From the IMG/VR virus record IMGVR_UViG_3300020043_002236, positions 1 through 64,000 of that record: a stretch of 64,000 bases of DNA. One strand, given 5' to 3'. Source of the stretch: an uncultured virus (IMG/VR IMGVR_UViG_3300020043_002236) (Duplodnaviria; Heunggongvirae; Uroviricota; Caudoviricetes; Crassvirales). Below are positions 34,060-43,781 of this stretch, piece after piece (the first letter of the stretch is position 1; the number at the start of each line of letters is the position of its first letter). Both the position numbers and the translations under genes were made by a program. The notes under the pieces were generated by a model. It was not told the DNA's origin. It did no database searches and saw nothing but the letters and a program-made list of their open reading frames with translations.

Positions 34060-36283
34060 TTTATACTCGGTTGTAAAGAATCATATTCCTCCAACTGTTC
34101 TAGCTAACAAGAACAATAAAAAGTCTTGGCAGTACGGATACGACGAGAAGTATGACATGATTGTTATATCTAAGAACGGAACCATAGGTGAAGTTTATAA
34201 TATAAACGGACTTCTTATAGCTCTGCCTAAAACTCCAGATGTAGTATACTCTAGAGATAAGAAAAAAGAAAATCAATACTGGCAACCATTTGAATATCCT
34301 AAGGAGTTAGATAAAATAAAGTCTATATTTCACTGGCATGATATGCCTAATGACTTCAAGTCTAAGTGGGTTGACTATATAGAGACTGAGTTCGACAGAA
34401 GAGAGAACGGATTCTTCTTCATGAATAATGGAGTGGAGACTTATATGACTGGATCTCACTACATGTACTGTCAATGGACAAAGATTGACGTCGGACTTCC
34501 TGACTTTCGTGAGGCTAATAGAATATTCTTTATTTACTGGGAGGCATGTCGCGCAGACGATAGATGCTTCGGTATGGTTTACTTAAAGATTAGACGTTCT
34601 GGATTTTCTTTTATGGCTTCATCGGAGGCTGTAAATATAGCTACATTAGCGAAAGACGCTAGGATTGGTATCCAGTCTAAGACAGGGGGCGACGCTAAGA
34701 CTATGTTTACTAATAAGGTCGTTCCTATATCTAGCAATCTACCATTCTTCTTTAAACCGATCATGGATGGTATGGACAAACCTAAGACTGAACTTGCCTT
34801 CAGGGTTCCTGCATCTAAGATTACAAAGAAGAATATGTACGACAGTTCAGAAGCTGAACTAGAAGGATTAGATACGTCTATTGACTGGAAGAACACGGCT
34901 GATAACAGTTATGACGGGGAGAAATTAGTATATCTTGTTGAGGACGAGTCTGGTAAGCTAGAAGCTCCTAACAATATCCTTAACGGATGGCGAGTTAGAA
35001 AGACTTGTCTTCGTTTAGGTAGTAGAATTATCGGTAAATGTATGATGGGTTCAACTCCTAACGCGCTTGCTAAGGGTGGATCTAACTTTAAGAAGCTATA
35101 CGAGGATTCAAATATAAAAACACGTAACGAGAACGGCCAGACAAAATCAGGTATGTACTCTCTTTACATTCCAATGGAGTGGAACTTCGAGGGTTATATT
35201 GATAGATACGGAATGCCTGTATTTAGAAAGCCAGAAACTCCAGTAACTGGAATAGACGGTAGACTAATAACAAACGGAGCTATAGATTATTGGGAGAATG
35301 AGGTTGCGTCTTTAAAGAATGATGCAGATGCATTGAACGAGTTTTATAGACAGTTCTCCAGAACAGAGTCTCACGCGTTTAGAGATGAGAGCAAGGCGTC
35401 TTTGTTTAACTTAACAAAGATCTATCAACAGATAGACTATAATGACTCTCTAATAAGAGATCAAATACTAACTAGAGGATCGTTTCACTGGAAGAACGGA
35501 GAGAAGGACACTCAGGTTATTTGGACTCCAGATCCAAGGGGTAGATTCCTTGTTTCATGGATTCCTAATTCAGCAATGCAGAACCAAGTAGTTTATAAGA
35601 ATGGAAATAAGTACCCTGGTAATGAGCACATTGGTGCTTTTGGCTGTGACCCTTACGATATATCCGGAACTGTCGGAGGAGGAGGATCAAATGGATCTCT
35701 ACACGGACTTACTAAGTTTAATATGGATAATGCTCCTAGCAACCATTTCTTCCTTGAGTATATAGCTCGTCCTCAGACAGCAGAGATATTCTTTGAAGAG
35801 GTTCTTATGGCTTGTGTATTTTACGGTATGCCAATTCTAGTGGAAAATAATAAACCTAGACTACTATATCACTTTAAGAATAGAGGATACAGAGGGTTTT
35901 CAATGAACAGACCGGATAAGCACTTCACGAATCTGTCAAAAACAGAAAGAGAGCTTGGAGGTATACCTAATTCGTCTGAAGATGTGAAACAATCGCACGC
36001 GGCCGCTATTCAATCTTATATAGAAAAGTATGTTGGAATGGATACTGAAGGAACTTATAGAGATTCTGATGAGATGGGTGACATGTATTTCACTAGAACT
36101 ATAGAGGAGTGGGCTAAATTTGATATAAATAATAGAACTAAATTTGATGCTGCAATCAGTTCAGGACTAGCTATTATGGCTAATCAGAAGAACATATACT
36201 TAGCGGCAAAGAAAGAGTCGAAAATAAGTGTTAATTTTGCAAAGTATAATAACTCAGGAACTAGAAGTGAACTTATTAGATAA
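34037..36283 (+). CDS. terL: Terminase large subunit
   Basis: LKIRRSGFS Walker A-like, VEDESGK, GSTPN, FGCDP RNase H-like nuclease, ENNK. Confidence 0.88.
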   Translation: MQKNDQNNLYSVVKNHIPPTVLANKNNKKSWQYGYDEKYDMIVISKNGTIGEVYNINGLLIALPKTPDVVYSRDKKKENQYWQPFEYPKELDKIKSIFHWHDMPNDFKSKWVDYIETEFDRRENGFFFMNNGVETYMTGSHYMYCQWTKIDVGLPDFREANRIFFIYWEACRADDRCFGMVYLKIRRSGFSFMASSEAVNIATLAKDARIGIQSKTGGDAKTMFTNKVVPISSNLPFFFKPIMDGMDKPKTELAFRVPASKITKKNMYDSSEAELEGLDTSIDWKNTADNSYDGEKLVYLVEDESGKLEAPNNILNGWRVRKTCLRLGSRIIGKCMMGSTPNALAKGGSNFKKLYEDSNIKTRNENGQTKSGMYSLYIPMEWNFEGYIDRYGMPVFRKPETPVTGIDGRLITNGAIDYWENEVASLKNDADALNEFYRQFSRTESHAFRDESKASLFNLTKIYQQIDYNDSLIRDQILTRGSFHWKNGEKDTQVIWTPDPRGRFLVSWIPNSAMQNQVVYKNGNKYPGNEHIGAFGCDPYDISGTVGGGGSNGSLHGLTKFNMDNAPSNHFFLEYIARPQTAEIFFEEVLMACVFYGMPILVENNKPRLLYHFKNRGYRGFSMNRPDKHFTNLSKTERELGGIPNSSEDVKQSHAAAIQSYIEKYVGMDTEGTYRDSDEMGDMYFTRTIEEWAKFDINNRTKFDAAISSGLAIMANQKNIYLAAKKESKISVNFAKYNNSGTRSELIR

Positions 36284-38719
36284 ATGAAAGACGTAAAAAT
36301 AAATATACCTGCAACTGCTTTTCCAAACCAGTTTGCTTCAGACAGGGAAAAGGAAACTTTTGAGTATGGATTGCAGATATCACAAAGTATTCAGTACGAG
36401 TGGTTTAGAAAAGATGGTAATAACTCAAGATTCTACGATCAGTGGGGTAACTTCCATAAGTTAAGATTATACGCAAGGGGTGAGCAGTCTATAGGTAAGT
36501 ATAAGGACCAGATAGCCGTTGACGGTGACTTGTCTCATACTAACCTTGACTTTACTCCGGTACCTATTATACCGAAGTTCGTTGACATTGTTGTTAACGG
36601 AATGAACGATAGATTATTCAAACCTAAGGCTTATGCGCAGGACGCTATGTCTATGGAAAAGAGATCTAAGTATCAGGATATGATACAGGCTGACATGGTG
36701 TCTAAGGATATGTTACTTCAAGTTAAGGAGCAGTTTGGTGTTAATGCGTTTGATACTAATCCTGATGACTTACCTGAGAATGACGAAGAGCTTTCGTTAT
36801 ATATGCAGCTTAAGTATAAGCCTGCTATTGAGATAGCTGAAGAAGAAGCTATTAACACTGTACTTGACGAAAATAAATATAACGAAACTAGAAAGAGAGT
36901 AGACTACGATATCGCTACAATTGGTATCGGCATGGCTAAGCATATGTTCCTTCCTGGTGATGGAGTAAGAATAGAGTATGTAGATCCTGCTAATGTAGTA
37001 TATAGCTACACAGAGGATCCTTACTTTAAAGATTGTTTTTATTGGGGAGAAATTAAGACTGTTCCAATTACAGAGCTTGTTAAAATAGATCCTACACTTA
37101 CCAACGAAGATTTAGAAGAAATTTCTAAGTACAGTCAGTCATGGTATGATTATTACAACTCAGCTCAATTTTATAATAATAGCTTATTCAGTAATGACAC
37201 GGCTACTTTATTATATGTAAACTATAAAACAACCAAGAAGATAGTATACAAGAAAAAGATACTTGAAGACGGAAGTTTTAAAATGATAGAAAAAGACGAC
37301 ACGTTCAATCCTCCACAAGAGATGATGGATGAAGGTCGTTTCGAAAAAATAGAAAAGACTATTGATGTTTGGTATGACGGTGTTATGGTTATGGGTACTA
37401 ATATCATGTTGAAGTGGGAGTTATCTCGTAACATGGTTAGACCTAAATCAGCTTCACAACACGCTATACCTAATTACGTAGCAGTTGCTCCAAGAATGTA
37501 TAAAGGAAATATAGAGTCTCTTGTTAAGAGAATGATTCCTTTTGCTGATTTAATTCAGATGACACACTTGAAGTTGCAACAAGTTATTGCTAAAGTAGTT
37601 CCTGACGGTGTATTCATTGACGCTGACGGACTTAACGAGGTTGACTTAGGTAACGGGGCAGCATACAATCCTGAAGACGCATTGAGATTATACTTCCAGA
37701 CGGGTAGTGTAATTGGTAGAAGTTACACAGGAGATGGAGAATTCAACAATGCTAGAGTTCCAATTCAAGAACTTAACTCTAATAGTGGACAAGGTAAAAT
37801 ATCTAGTTTAGTAGCTAGTTATAATCATTACCTAAGCATGATTAGAGACGTAACAGGATTAAACGAGGCTAGAGACGGATCGAATCCTGATCCTAACTCA
37901 TTAGTAGGTGTTCAAAAGTTAGCTGCTCTTAATTCAAATACAGCTACAAGACACATACTAGAGTCTAGTTTATTTGTTACTAAATCATTAGCTGAAGCTA
38001 TATCATACAGAGTAGCTGATATTTTAGAATACTCTGATTTTAAAGAAGAGTTTATCAATCAAATTGGTAAATATAACGTAGGTATATTAGACGAGATTAA
38101 GGATCTATACATCTATGACTTTGGAATCTTTATAGAAGTATCTCCTGACGAAGAAGAAAAGGCTCAGTTAGAACAAAATATTAGTTTGGCGTTATCTCGT
38201 GATTCTATTTACTTAGAGGACGCGATTGATATTAGAGAGATGAGAAATCTTAAGCTAGCTAATCAGTTGCTTAAACTTAAGAGAAAGAAAAAAGAAGAGC
38301 AACTGCAAAAGAACGAACAAGCCAAGCAACAAATGCAAGGGCAGATTCAAATGCAGTCACAGCAAATGGCAGCTCAAACAGCAATGCAAAATATACAGGC
38401 TGAGACTCAGTCTAAAATGCAGATTAAGCAGGCAGAAGTTGCTTATGAAATTGAGAAGATGAAGAGCGAGGCTCAATTGAAAATGGAGCTTATGCAGATG
38501 GAATTCCAAATGCAGATGCAGCTTAAAGGAGCTGAATTTGAAACTACCAAAACTAAAGAGCAATTAAAAGAAGAAGCAAAAGATAAGCGTATAAGCTTAC
38601 AGAATACACAACAATCTAAGCTTATCGATCAAAGAAAAAATAACCTTCCTCCTATGAACTTTGAGTCTACAGAGGATAGTTTAGATGGGTTTGATTTAGC
38701 TGAATTCGAGCCTAGATAG
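36284..38719 (+). CDS. Portal protein
   Basis: 811 aa after terL; PIIPKFVDIVV; Q-rich C-terminal coiled coil. Confidence 0.85.
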   Translation: MKDVKINIPATAFPNQFASDREKETFEYGLQISQSIQYEWFRKDGNNSRFYDQWGNFHKLRLYARGEQSIGKYKDQIAVDGDLSHTNLDFTPVPIIPKFVDIVVNGMNDRLFKPKAYAQDAMSMEKRSKYQDMIQADMVSKDMLLQVKEQFGVNAFDTNPDDLPENDEELSLYMQLKYKPAIEIAEEEAINTVLDENKYNETRKRVDYDIATIGIGMAKHMFLPGDGVRIEYVDPANVVYSYTEDPYFKDCFYWGEIKTVPITELVKIDPTLTNEDLEEISKYSQSWYDYYNSAQFYNNSLFSNDTATLLYVNYKTTKKIVYKKKILEDGSFKMIEKDDTFNPPQEMMDEGRFEKIEKTIDVWYDGVMVMGTNIMLKWELSRNMVRPKSASQHAIPNYVAVAPRMYKGNIESLVKRMIPFADLIQMTHLKLQQVIAKVVPDGVFIDADGLNEVDLGNGAAYNPEDALRLYFQTGSVIGRSYTGDGEFNNARVPIQELNSNSGQGKISSLVASYNHYLSMIRDVTGLNEARDGSNPDPNSLVGVQKLAALNSNTATRHILESSLFVTKSLAEAISYRVADILEYSDFKEEFINQIGKYNVGILDEIKDLYIYDFGIFIEVSPDEEEKAQLEQNISLALSRDSIYLEDAIDIREMRNLKLANQLLKLKRKKKEEQLQKNEQAKQQMQGQIQMQSQQMAAQTAMQNIQAETQSKMQIKQAEVAYEIEKMKSEAQLKMELMQMEFQMQMQLKGAEFETTKTKEQLKEEAKDKRISLQNTQQSKLIDQRKNNLPPMNFESTEDSLDGFDLAEFEPR

Positions 38720-38737
38720 TATAAAATTATAATTAAG

Positions 38738-38745
38738 TAACTTTG
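38738..38745 (+). promoter_or_regulatory. -7 promoter element for scaffold/capsid
   Basis: TAACTTTG. Confidence 0.6.
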
Positions 38746-38761
38746 CAAAAAATTAAATCAA

Positions 38762-39865
38762 ATGGAAAACACTTTCACTGTAAGGGACTTGGGTGTCGCC
38801 GAACAAAAATCAGTACAGGAAGTTGAACAAGAGTTATTGGCTAAGCATGAAGAGAGTATTGCTGAACCAGAACATGTAGAAGTTCAAAACGAGACTGAAG
38901 TAGAATTACCAGCAGAGCCAGTAAAGGCAGAGCTAGAAGATAATGACGTTCTTTCATATATTAAGAACAGATACGGAAAAGAAGTAAACTCTATCAACGA
39001 TCTTTTTGCGGAAAGAGAGGAAAAGAAAGAGGACTTACCAGAAGACGTAGCTGCGTATTTTAAATACAAAAAAGAAACTGGACGTGGAATTGAAGATTTT
39101 GTTAAACTAAACAGAAACTTTGATGATATGGATCCGGATGATTTATTAGTTGAGTACTACTCTCAAACAGAAGAGGACTTAGACAGAGATGATATTCAAT
39201 ATATGATCGAAGATAAGTTTGCTTACGATGAAGAGTTTGATGATCCTAAGGATATCAAGAAAAAGGAAATCGCTAAGAAAAAAGAGCTTGCTAAAGCTAA
39301 GAAGTTTTTTGATGAGTACAAAGAAACTTATAAGACGCCTCTTGAGTCAAAAGGTGGATTGGTTTCGGATGACGAAAAGGAAACTTACAATGCTTACAAG
39401 AAATATGTTCAAGATTCCACTAGTCAACAAGAAGAGAATCTTAAGAAGTCTCAATACTTCCAAAAGAAGACTGAAGAACTTTTCTCTGATGAATTCAAAG
39501 GTTTTGATTTCAATGTAGGAGATAAGACAATTAAGTTTTTACCCGGAGATGTTGCAGAGATTAAGAAGGCACAATCTGACGTTACCAATTTTATATCTAA
39601 GTATTTAGATGAAAACGGATTAATTTCAGACCATGTTGGTTACCATCGTTCATTAGCTGCCGCTATGAATCCAGAAAAAGTTGCTAAGTTCTTTTATGAA
39701 CAAGGTAGAGCAGAGGCGTTATTAGATAACACCAAAAGAATTAAGAATATAGATATGGAGATGAGAAACTCTCCACAATCAATTGCTCAGTCTGGATTTA
39801 AAGTTGTCGCATCTGATGGAGATAGCGGAAGAGGACTAAAAATAAAAAGTAATAGAAACAATTAA
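38762..39865 (+). CDS. Putative scaffolding protein
   Basis: Acidic helical protein between portal and capsid; FYEQG motif. Confidence 0.7.
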   Translation: MENTFTVRDLGVAEQKSVQEVEQELLAKHEESIAEPEHVEVQNETEVELPAEPVKAELEDNDVLSYIKNRYGKEVNSINDLFAEREEKKEDLPEDVAAYFKYKKETGRGIEDFVKLNRNFDDMDPDDLLVEYYSQTEEDLDRDDIQYMIEDKFAYDEEFDDPKDIKKKEIAKKKELAKAKKFFDEYKETYKTPLESKGGLVSDDEKETYNAYKKYVQDSTSQQEENLKKSQYFQKKTEELFSDEFKGFDFNVGDKTIKFLPGDVAEIKKAQSDVTNFISKYLDENGLISDHVGYHRSLAAAMNPEKVAKFFYEQGRAEALLDNTKRIKNIDMEMRNSPQSIAQSGFKVVASDGDSGRGLKIKSNRNN

Positions 39866-39878
39866 AAACTAAAACAAA

Positions 39879-41279
39879 ATGGCTGGATCAGTACAAGCAA
39901 CCCCAGGGTTTGCATTACAACCAAGTGCTACAAGACAAACTTTAAGCACTAACTACATTACAAATTTCGACTTCTTGAATCAGTATCTTCCTGATACTTA
40001 CGAGAAAGAATTCGAGCGTTACGGAAATCGTTCTGTTGCATCTTTCTTAAGAGCAGTAGGAGCTGAAATGCCGTCTAACTCAGACCTTATCAAATGGGCA
40101 GAGCAAGGTCGTCTTCACACTAAATACATTGACTGTGCTTCTGACGCAGCTGTAGGTGGAGATACTGCTACAATTACAGTAAGTGATGCTTTAACAGGTT
40201 CTATCGCTTTCAAACCAGGGCAAACAGTTTTCTTATCAGATAACGCTGCTGCTGCTAACTCAAACAAAGCAATCATCACTTCTGTTGATTATACTGCTGG
40301 TACTTTTGACGTAGCTTACTACGAAGCTGCTGGACAGTCTTTCGCTGCTACTGCAACTGTTACTGCTTTTGTTTATGGTTCTGAATTCAAAAAAGGAACT
40401 GAAGGTCAAACTGAATCTTTAGAGGCTCAAGACGATATCTTCGAAAACAGCCCAATCATCATCAAAGAGAAATACGCTGTTTCTGGTTCTGACATGGCTC
40501 AAATCGGATGGGTTGAAGTAACTACTGAAAATGGTGCTACTGGATACTTATGGTACATTAAATCTGAGCACGAAACTCGTTTGCGTTTCGAAGATTACTT
40601 AGAAATGTCTATGATCGAAGCTGTTCCTGCTGAGGCTAACTCTGGAGCTGTAGCTAATACTGCTTTTGGAAACAAAGGATCAGAAGGTTTATTCTACGCT
40701 GTAGGACAAAGAGGTAACGTATGGTCAGGTGGTAACCCAACTGCTTTATCTGATTTTGATGCTATCATCCAACGTTTGGATAAGCAAGGAGCTATCGAAG
40801 AGAACGTATTGTTCATCAACCGTCAATTCTCTTTTGATATCGACGATATGTTGGCTGCTCAAAACTCTTACGGAGCTGGTGGAACATCTTATGGATTGTT
40901 CGACAACGATAAAGAAATGGCATTAAACTTAGGATTTACAGGATTCCGTAGAGGTTACGATTTCTACAAAACTGACTGGAAATACTTAAACGACGCTACA
41001 CTTAGAGGTGGAGTTGTTGGAGGTGCTATCAATGGTGTATTAGCTCCTGCTGGATCTACTACTGTTTACGATCAAGTACTTGGTAAAAACGCTAAACGTC
41101 CATTCTTACACGTTCGTTATAGAGCTTCTGAAACTGAAGACAGACGTTACAAAACTTGGATTACTGGTTCTGCTGGTGGAGCACAAACTTCTAGCTTAGA
41201 TGCTATGGAAGTTCACTTCTTGTCAGAAAGAGCTTTATGTACTTTAGGTGCTAACAACTTCTTCTTGTTCGAGAACTAG
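39879..41279 (+). CDS. Major capsid protein
   Basis: 466 aa; biased codons; WAEQGRLH; followed by a strong terminator. Confidence 0.85.
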   Translation: MAGSVQATPGFALQPSATRQTLSTNYITNFDFLNQYLPDTYEKEFERYGNRSVASFLRAVGAEMPSNSDLIKWAEQGRLHTKYIDCASDAAVGGDTATITVSDALTGSIAFKPGQTVFLSDNAAAANSNKAIITSVDYTAGTFDVAYYEAAGQSFAATATVTAFVYGSEFKKGTEGQTESLEAQDDIFENSPIIIKEKYAVSGSDMAQIGWVEVTTENGATGYLWYIKSEHETRLRFEDYLEMSMIEAVPAEANSGAVANTAFGNKGSEGLFYAVGQRGNVWSGGNPTALSDFDAIIQRLDKQGAIEENVLFINRQFSFDIDDMLAAQNSYGAGGTSYGLFDNDKEMALNLGFTGFRRGYDFYKTDWKYLNDATLRGGVVGGAINGVLAPAGSTTVYDQVLGKNAKRPFLHVRYRASETEDRRYKTWITGSAGGAQTSSLDAMEVHFLSERALCTLGANNFFLFEN

Positions 41280-41296
41280 AAAATAGTTAACAATAT

Positions 41297-41328
41297 ACCA
41301 GGGTGTAACAGCCCTGGTTATTTTTTTT
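41297..41328 (+). terminator. Intrinsic terminator after capsid gene
   Basis: ACCAGGG-tgtaacag-CCCTGGT then T run. Confidence 0.8.
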
Positions 41329-41347
41329 AAATTTAAAATCTTATCAA

Positions 41348-42088
41348 ATGGCAAATCAAATTTCAAGTACAGACAAGATGTACGTACTTAAGAAAAAAAA
41401 CACTCCGCTATCTTACATGTTAGCATCAAGAAACACACGTAGATCTCCGTTACTACACTTCGACGGAAAATCAAACAGACCTTTAAGATATGCAGTTAAC
41501 CAAAAGAGCCCGTTCGAAGACGAACAGGATGGTAACGCTATTTTAGAACCTATTGTATTTGTAGACGGTGCATTAAAAGTATCAAAAACAAATCCAGTAC
41601 TACAATATTTTTTAGAACTACACCCTGGTAATGGCCAAGTATTTGAAGAAGTAAACACTGAAAAGGACGCTTCATCTGATATTGAAAAATTAACAAGTGA
41701 ATTAGACGCTCAAATTGCAGCAAGAGATTTAGATATTGACTCTTTAGAGGCTGTAGCTAGAGTTCTATTAGGATCTAAAATTGATAAAATGTCTACTGCT
41801 GAATTAAAACGTGACGTATTTGTTTATGCAAGAAATTATCCAATGTCGTTCTTAGAGATGTTGAATGATCCAATGTTACAGTTACGTAACACATGTGCTA
41901 AATTCTTTGAGTATGACTTATTAAAGTTAAAGAATAAAGGTAGAGATATCTACTTTAATCTTCCACAAAACAAGAAAAAATTATTGACGGTACCTTTCGG
42001 GGAAAATCATATTTATATATTAGCTTCTTACCTACAGACAGATGAAGGTATTGAAGTGTTAAGATTACTTGAGAATAAAATCGAGTAA
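41348..42088 (+). CDS. Hypothetical protein in the structural module
   Basis: 246 aa ORF. Confidence 0.75.
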   Translation: MANQISSTDKMYVLKKKNTPLSYMLASRNTRRSPLLHFDGKSNRPLRYAVNQKSPFEDEQDGNAILEPIVFVDGALKVSKTNPVLQYFLELHPGNGQVFEEVNTEKDASSDIEKLTSELDAQIAARDLDIDSLEAVARVLLGSKIDKMSTAELKRDVFVYARNYPMSFLEMLNDPMLQLRNTCAKFFEYDLLKLKNKGRDIYFNLPQNKKKLLTVPFGENHIYILASYLQTDEGIEVLRLLENKIE

Positions 42089-42111
42089 ATTACTTTTCTT
42101 TTTATGTTTAA

Positions 42112-42140
42112 AGGCGCTCTTTTACAGGGCGCTTTTTTTT
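42112..42140 (+). terminator. Intrinsic terminator, followed by -7 element TATCTTTG (42143-42150)
   Basis: AGGCGCTCT-tttac-AGGGCGCTT then T run. Confidence 0.75.
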
Positions 42141-42166
42141 ATTATCTTTGTAAAAAGTTTTTAAGA

Positions 42167-42856
42167 ATGATAAACTCAGTAAGAAATACTGTATTGTCTG
42201 TAGCTAACAAGAATAATTTTGGGTATATTACTCCAGATGATTTTAACTTGTACGCTAAGCAAGCGCAGTTAGACATATTTGAAGACTACTTCTACCAGTA
42301 CAATACATGGATACTAAAGCAGAACGCTAGACAGTCTGGAAGTGGATATGCAGATATAGTTAAGAACGTAGAAGAGGTTATTGACAGTCTGTCTTCAACA
42401 GCTTCACTAACATTTTCAAGTTCGGTATTTAATTTACCAAGCGACTTTTACTATCTGAATACTGTAAGATACGGATCAAAAGAGGTGGATAGGGTATCAC
42501 AAGATAAGATACTAAACCTACTTTCTTCTAATTTAACAGCTCCGTCAATACTTTATCCAGCGTATGTTTTAGAAGGGGATAGTATTAAGGTATATCCAAC
42601 AACAATAGCATCAAACGTTAGTACTCAATATATTAGATACCCTAGAGATCCTAAGTGGACGTATACTTCGTTATCAGGAGGAGAGCCGCTATTTAATCAA
42701 TCGGCATCCGACTACCAGGACTTCGAATTGCCTTTGTCAGACGAGCCTTTACTAACAGCTAAGATACTTCAGTTTGCTGGTATATCTATTAGAGAGGGAG
42801 ATGTTTTCTCTTTCGGAACAAGTGAAGAAGTTAAGAATCAACAAACTCAAGGATAA
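42167..42856 (+). CDS. Putative head-tail adaptor/ring protein (start revised to MINSVRN)
   Basis: GYITPDDFN, LPSDFY, YIRYPRDP; the track start overlaps a terminator and promoter. Confidence 0.7.
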   Translation: MINSVRNTVLSVANKNNFGYITPDDFNLYAKQAQLDIFEDYFYQYNTWILKQNARQSGSGYADIVKNVEEVIDSLSSTASLTFSSSVFNLPSDFYYLNTVRYGSKEVDRVSQDKILNLLSSNLTAPSILYPAYVLEGDSIKVYPTTIASNVSTQYIRYPRDPKWTYTSLSGGEPLFNQSASDYQDFELPLSDEPLLTAKILQFAGISIREGDVFSFGTSEEVKNQQTQG

Positions 42857-42858
42857 TA

Positions 42859-43776
42859 ATGGCATACTTAACTGGTTATCAATACTATGAGAATTCAGGT
42901 AATTTACCTGAAAACGAAAACTGGGGATCGTACCAGTACATATCTTTAGATGATATTGTAAATAATTTTATGCTAATGTATGTTGGTAACGACAAGTTAA
43001 TAAACAACGTACAGAGATATAATGTTTTATTTCACGCAAAAAGAGGAATTCAAGAAATAAACTACGACGCTCTTAAGGAGATTAAGGTTCTAGAAATCAG
43101 TATCTGTGACGACCTTAAGTTTATATTACCTAACGACTACGTAAACTACGTTAGAATATCATTATATAAAGATGGTGTGTTACGACCGCTTACTGAAAAT
43201 ATTCAAACAAATTATAGTAATAGTTACTTACAGGATAATAACTGTAGAGTATTATTTGATCAGGATGGAAATGTACTTGAGGGTACTTCTATTTTAGATT
43301 ATGACAGGGTTACTAATCAACAAAAGACTATGTATCCTGGTAGTGGTTTATACGCTGGTAGAGAGGGTATTAATATAGATCAGAACTGGTACTTCGACTA
43401 TTCTATCGGAGCTAACTATGGTTTAAATACCGAAACAGCTAATATAAATCCAACATATAGAATAGATAAAGCATCCGGCGTTATTAATTTTGGTTCTGGA
43501 ATGGCCGGAGAGTTGTGTATTTTAGAATACATTTCAGACGGAATGCAGAATGGTGACGACTCCAAGGTTAGTATAAATAAACTTGCCGAAGAGTTTATAT
43601 ATGCGTACATCAAGTATGCTATACTAAACTCAAAAGTTGGCGTACAAGAGTACGTAGTTAACAGAGCTAAGAAGGATAAAACAGCCCTTTTAAGAAATGC
43701 AAAAATAAGATTGAGTAATATTCATCCAGGTAGATTATTGATGAATATGAGAGGTCGTGATAAATGGATTAAGTAA
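42859..43776 (+). CDS. Putative tail ring/tubular protein
   Basis: LPNDYVNYVRIS, LEYISDG; position in podovirus tail module. Confidence 0.7.
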   Translation: MAYLTGYQYYENSGNLPENENWGSYQYISLDDIVNNFMLMYVGNDKLINNVQRYNVLFHAKRGIQEINYDALKEIKVLEISICDDLKFILPNDYVNYVRISLYKDGVLRPLTENIQTNYSNSYLQDNNCRVLFDQDGNVLEGTSILDYDRVTNQQKTMYPGSGLYAGREGINIDQNWYFDYSIGANYGLNTETANINPTYRIDKASGVINFGSGMAGELCILEYISDGMQNGDDSKVSINKLAEEFIYAYIKYAILNSKVGVQEYVVNRAKKDKTALLRNAKIRLSNIHPGRLLMNMRGRDKWIK

Positions 43777-43781
43777 GATAT

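Noticed and set aside
42104..42166. Track start of ORF 42104..42856
   Set aside because: Runs through a terminator and a -7 promoter; ATG 42167 is more plausible.
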